A stretch of DNA of 64,000 bases from assembly GCA_035477215.1 (NCBI GenBank), contig DATIKU010000036.1, forward strand, positions 3,265 through 67,264, given 5' to 3'. Positions within the stretch are counted from its first letter, which is position 1. Each line of letters opens with the position of its first letter. Shown piece after piece: positions 62,655 to 64,000 of this stretch. The DNA is from Spirochaetota bacterium (GTDB taxonomy: Bacteria; Spirochaetota; UBA4802; UBA5368). Below the pieces are notes generated by a model. It worked only from the letters and a program-made list of their open reading frames with translations, did no database searches and was not told the DNA's origin. Made by a program: the position numbers and the translations under genes.

Positions 62655-63467
62655 TCAGATATCCGGAAACTCCGGCTTCTTTCTTTCGAGGAAGGCCGAC
62701 ACGCCGTGGAAGCACTCGCCCGAGACGATGAGCGAAACCGCGCTCCCGGCCTCCTCGGCGAGCGAGGCGTCGTAGGCGACGTTTCGGCTGTTGCGGATGA
62801 GCGCGAGCGCGTGGCGGACGGCCCGCGGGCCGTTGTCGGCGATGAGCGCTGCCATGCCGAGGGCCTCGTTGAGCGCGGCGCCGGGTTCACAGACGCGGTT
62901 GACCAGGCCCATGGCGAGCGCCTCGTCGGCGCCGACCTCGCGTGCCGTGAGGACGAGGTCTGCGGCGCGCGAGGCGCCCACGAGGCGCGCCAGGGCCGCA
63001 CCCCCGCCCCAGTCGGGCATGAGGCCGAGTTTCGCCTCCGAGAAGCAGACGACGGCCGTTTTCACCATGACGCGCAGATCGCAGCGCACCGAAAGCTCCG
63101 CGCCGCCGCCGAAGGCGCTGCCGTTGAGCGCCGCGATGATCGGCACCGGCAACGACACGAAGGCGTCGACGGCGCGCCTGATGTGCGCGATGGCCTCGCG
63201 CGCGGGAGTTTCGTCCTTGGTGGTGACGGAATCGACTATGCGCCGTACCATGGGGTTGTCGGGCCGCACGTCGAAGCCCGCGCTGAAGGAGCGGTCCCCG
63301 GTGCCGGTGACGACGATCGCGCGCGGCAATGAGGCGGCGAGCTCCTCGGCGCGTTTTTGCAGCAAATCGAACATCACGTCGTTGAAGGCGTGCAGGCGGT
63401 CGGGCCTGTCGAGCGTGACGAGCGCCACCCGCCCTTTCCGCTCGAGACGAATGTTTGCGTCTGCCAT
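62655..63467 (-). CDS. Enoyl-CoA hydratase/isomerase (crotonase) family protein
   Basis: 270 aa. RVALVTLDRPDRLHAF, VVTGTGDRSFSAGFDV, PIIAALNGSAFGGGAELSVRCDLRV. Confidence 0.85.
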   Translation of the reverse strand: MADANIRLERKGRVALVTLDRPDRLHAFNDVMFDLLQKRAEELAASLPRAIVVTGTGDRSFSAGFDVRPDNPMVRRIVDSVTTKDETPAREAIAHIRRAVDAFVSLPVPIIAALNGSAFGGGAELSVRCDLRVMVKTAVVCFSEAKLGLMPDWGGGAALARLVGASRAADLVLTAREVGADEALAMGLVNRVCEPGAALNEALGMAALIADNGPRAVRHALALIRNSRNVAYDASLAEEAGSAVSLIVSGECFHGVSAFLERKKPEFPDI

Positions 63468-63552
63468 GTCCGTGTACCTCCCGCTTAATGACTCAACGCA
63501 TCGCGCGCGACGCGCGTATTCATCACGTCAATGCCGTTTTACGTTATGCGCC

Positions 63553-64000
63553 TTATTTCAGAGCGACCACGGTGCGCCCGCGGTGCGTTCCGGCCTTCAT
63601 TGCCGTAAATCTTTCCTCGAGCCCGCCGAGCGTGGTTTCCGAGGCCATGTCGGAAAGCCAGGGGAACTTCCACGCGCCCGCGAGCAGGCCCCAGACCTCG
63701 CGCCGCAGGTCCATGGGGCAGTTCTGCGAATCGATGCCGAAGAGCGAGACTCCGCGCAGAATGAACGGATAGACCGTGACGGGAAGCTCGGGCACGATGT
63801 TCCCGCAGCAGGTGGCCGCGCCGCCGGCAACGACCGACTTGAGGCCGTAGGCCAGCACCGGGCCCCCGATGGTGTCGACACATCCCGCATAACGCTCTTT
63901 GAAAAGCGGCCGCGCGGGCGCATCGACCGCCTCGGCCGGATCGAGTATGGCGGAGGCGCCGCACTTTTTGAGCAGGTCGTCGGCGCCGGCGCTCCCCTGA
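63553..64000 (-). CDS. Zinc-independent MDR-family quinone oxidoreductase (YhdH/AcuI-like), C-terminal part; 5' end outside the window
   Basis: I translated the frame manually to the window edge without stops: QGSAGADDLLKKCGASAILDPAEAVDAPARPLFKERYAGCVDTIGGPVLAYGLKSVVAGGAATCCGNIVPELPVTVYPFILRGVSLFGIDSQ...GTHRGRTVVALK*. Confidence 0.7.
   Translation of the reverse strand, partial: QGSAGADDLLKKCGASAILDPAEAVDAPARPLFKERYAGCVDTIGGPVLAYGLKSVVAGGAATCCGNIVPELPVTVYPFILRGVSLFGIDSQNCPMDLRREVWGLLAGAWKFPWLSDMASETTLGGLEERFTAMKAGTHRGRTVVALK

Noticed and set aside
1-64000. Searched by eye for CRISPR arrays, tRNA/rRNA genes, transposases, integrases, phage structural genes and nucleotide cyclases (Cas10, CD-NTase)
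   Set aside because: I found no regularly spaced 25-40-bp repeats, no cloverleaf-like conserved tRNA boxes in the intergenic regions and no recombinase or cyclase motifs. Absence by eye is weak evidence; tRNAscan, Infernal and HMM scans should confirm it.

Overview
High-GC segment (mid-60s % by eye, not computed) from an unidentified diderm bacterium; TolC, a TonB-dependent receptor and an OM beta-barrel gene are present. I support about 60 protein-coding genes, mostly on the minus strand. I recognised no rRNA, tRNA, CRISPR array, transposase or integrase. Layout: (1) 1-12.4 kb is an accessory/defence-like island. It holds an SNase-like gene end and an intact HepT/MntA toxin-antitoxin cassette bracketed by 64-bp direct repeats. 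Next comes a soluble anti-sigma/ECF sigma pair, head-to-head with a two-gene operon: a CARF-like/CHAT-protease fusion and a Dna2-like PD-(D/E)xK nuclease + SF1B helicase. A convergent operon follows (HTH-WYL regulator, small protein, membrane-associated WYL protein), then a second HepT/MntA pair that is decayed, and MFS/MCP gene debris. (2) 12.4-22 kb carries miscellaneous metabolism and sugar genes: a low-GC sugar-phosphate isomerase, CocE/NonD hydrolase, DUF1846, GPH symporter and GH1. (3) 22-28 kb is an ECF sigma/anti-sigma-CpxP-like-TolC-MacA-MacB efflux operon. (4) 28-33 kb has a flavoprotein and two tandem long acyl-CoA dehydrogenase paralogues. (5) 33.8-43 kb has dprA, then a tungstate/molybdate-flavoured locus: PAS-only sensor, TunR-like regulator, Moco-type riboswitch candidate, an AT-rich TonB-dependent receptor, a tandem Oxidored_molyb-like protein, a split mini-TonB, Mop and TupA. 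(6) 43-64 kb is housekeeping: GNAT, OMP, CDF, GAPDH-like, a 1466-aa protein with a PPDK-like ATP-grasp plus phospho-His module but no PEP/pyruvate barrel, a group-2-like sigma factor, rpmE, rho, a CBS/HTH regulator, dapB, dapA, thioesterase, SRPBCC, BtrH-like, methyltransferase, zupT, crotonase and a quinone-oxidoreductase gene end. The best candidate for an undescribed system is the CARF-CHAT protease with its neighbouring soluble anti-sigma/ECF sigma pair, the nuclease-helicase and the WYL operon. All domain calls come from motif recognition by eye and need HMM or structure confirmation.
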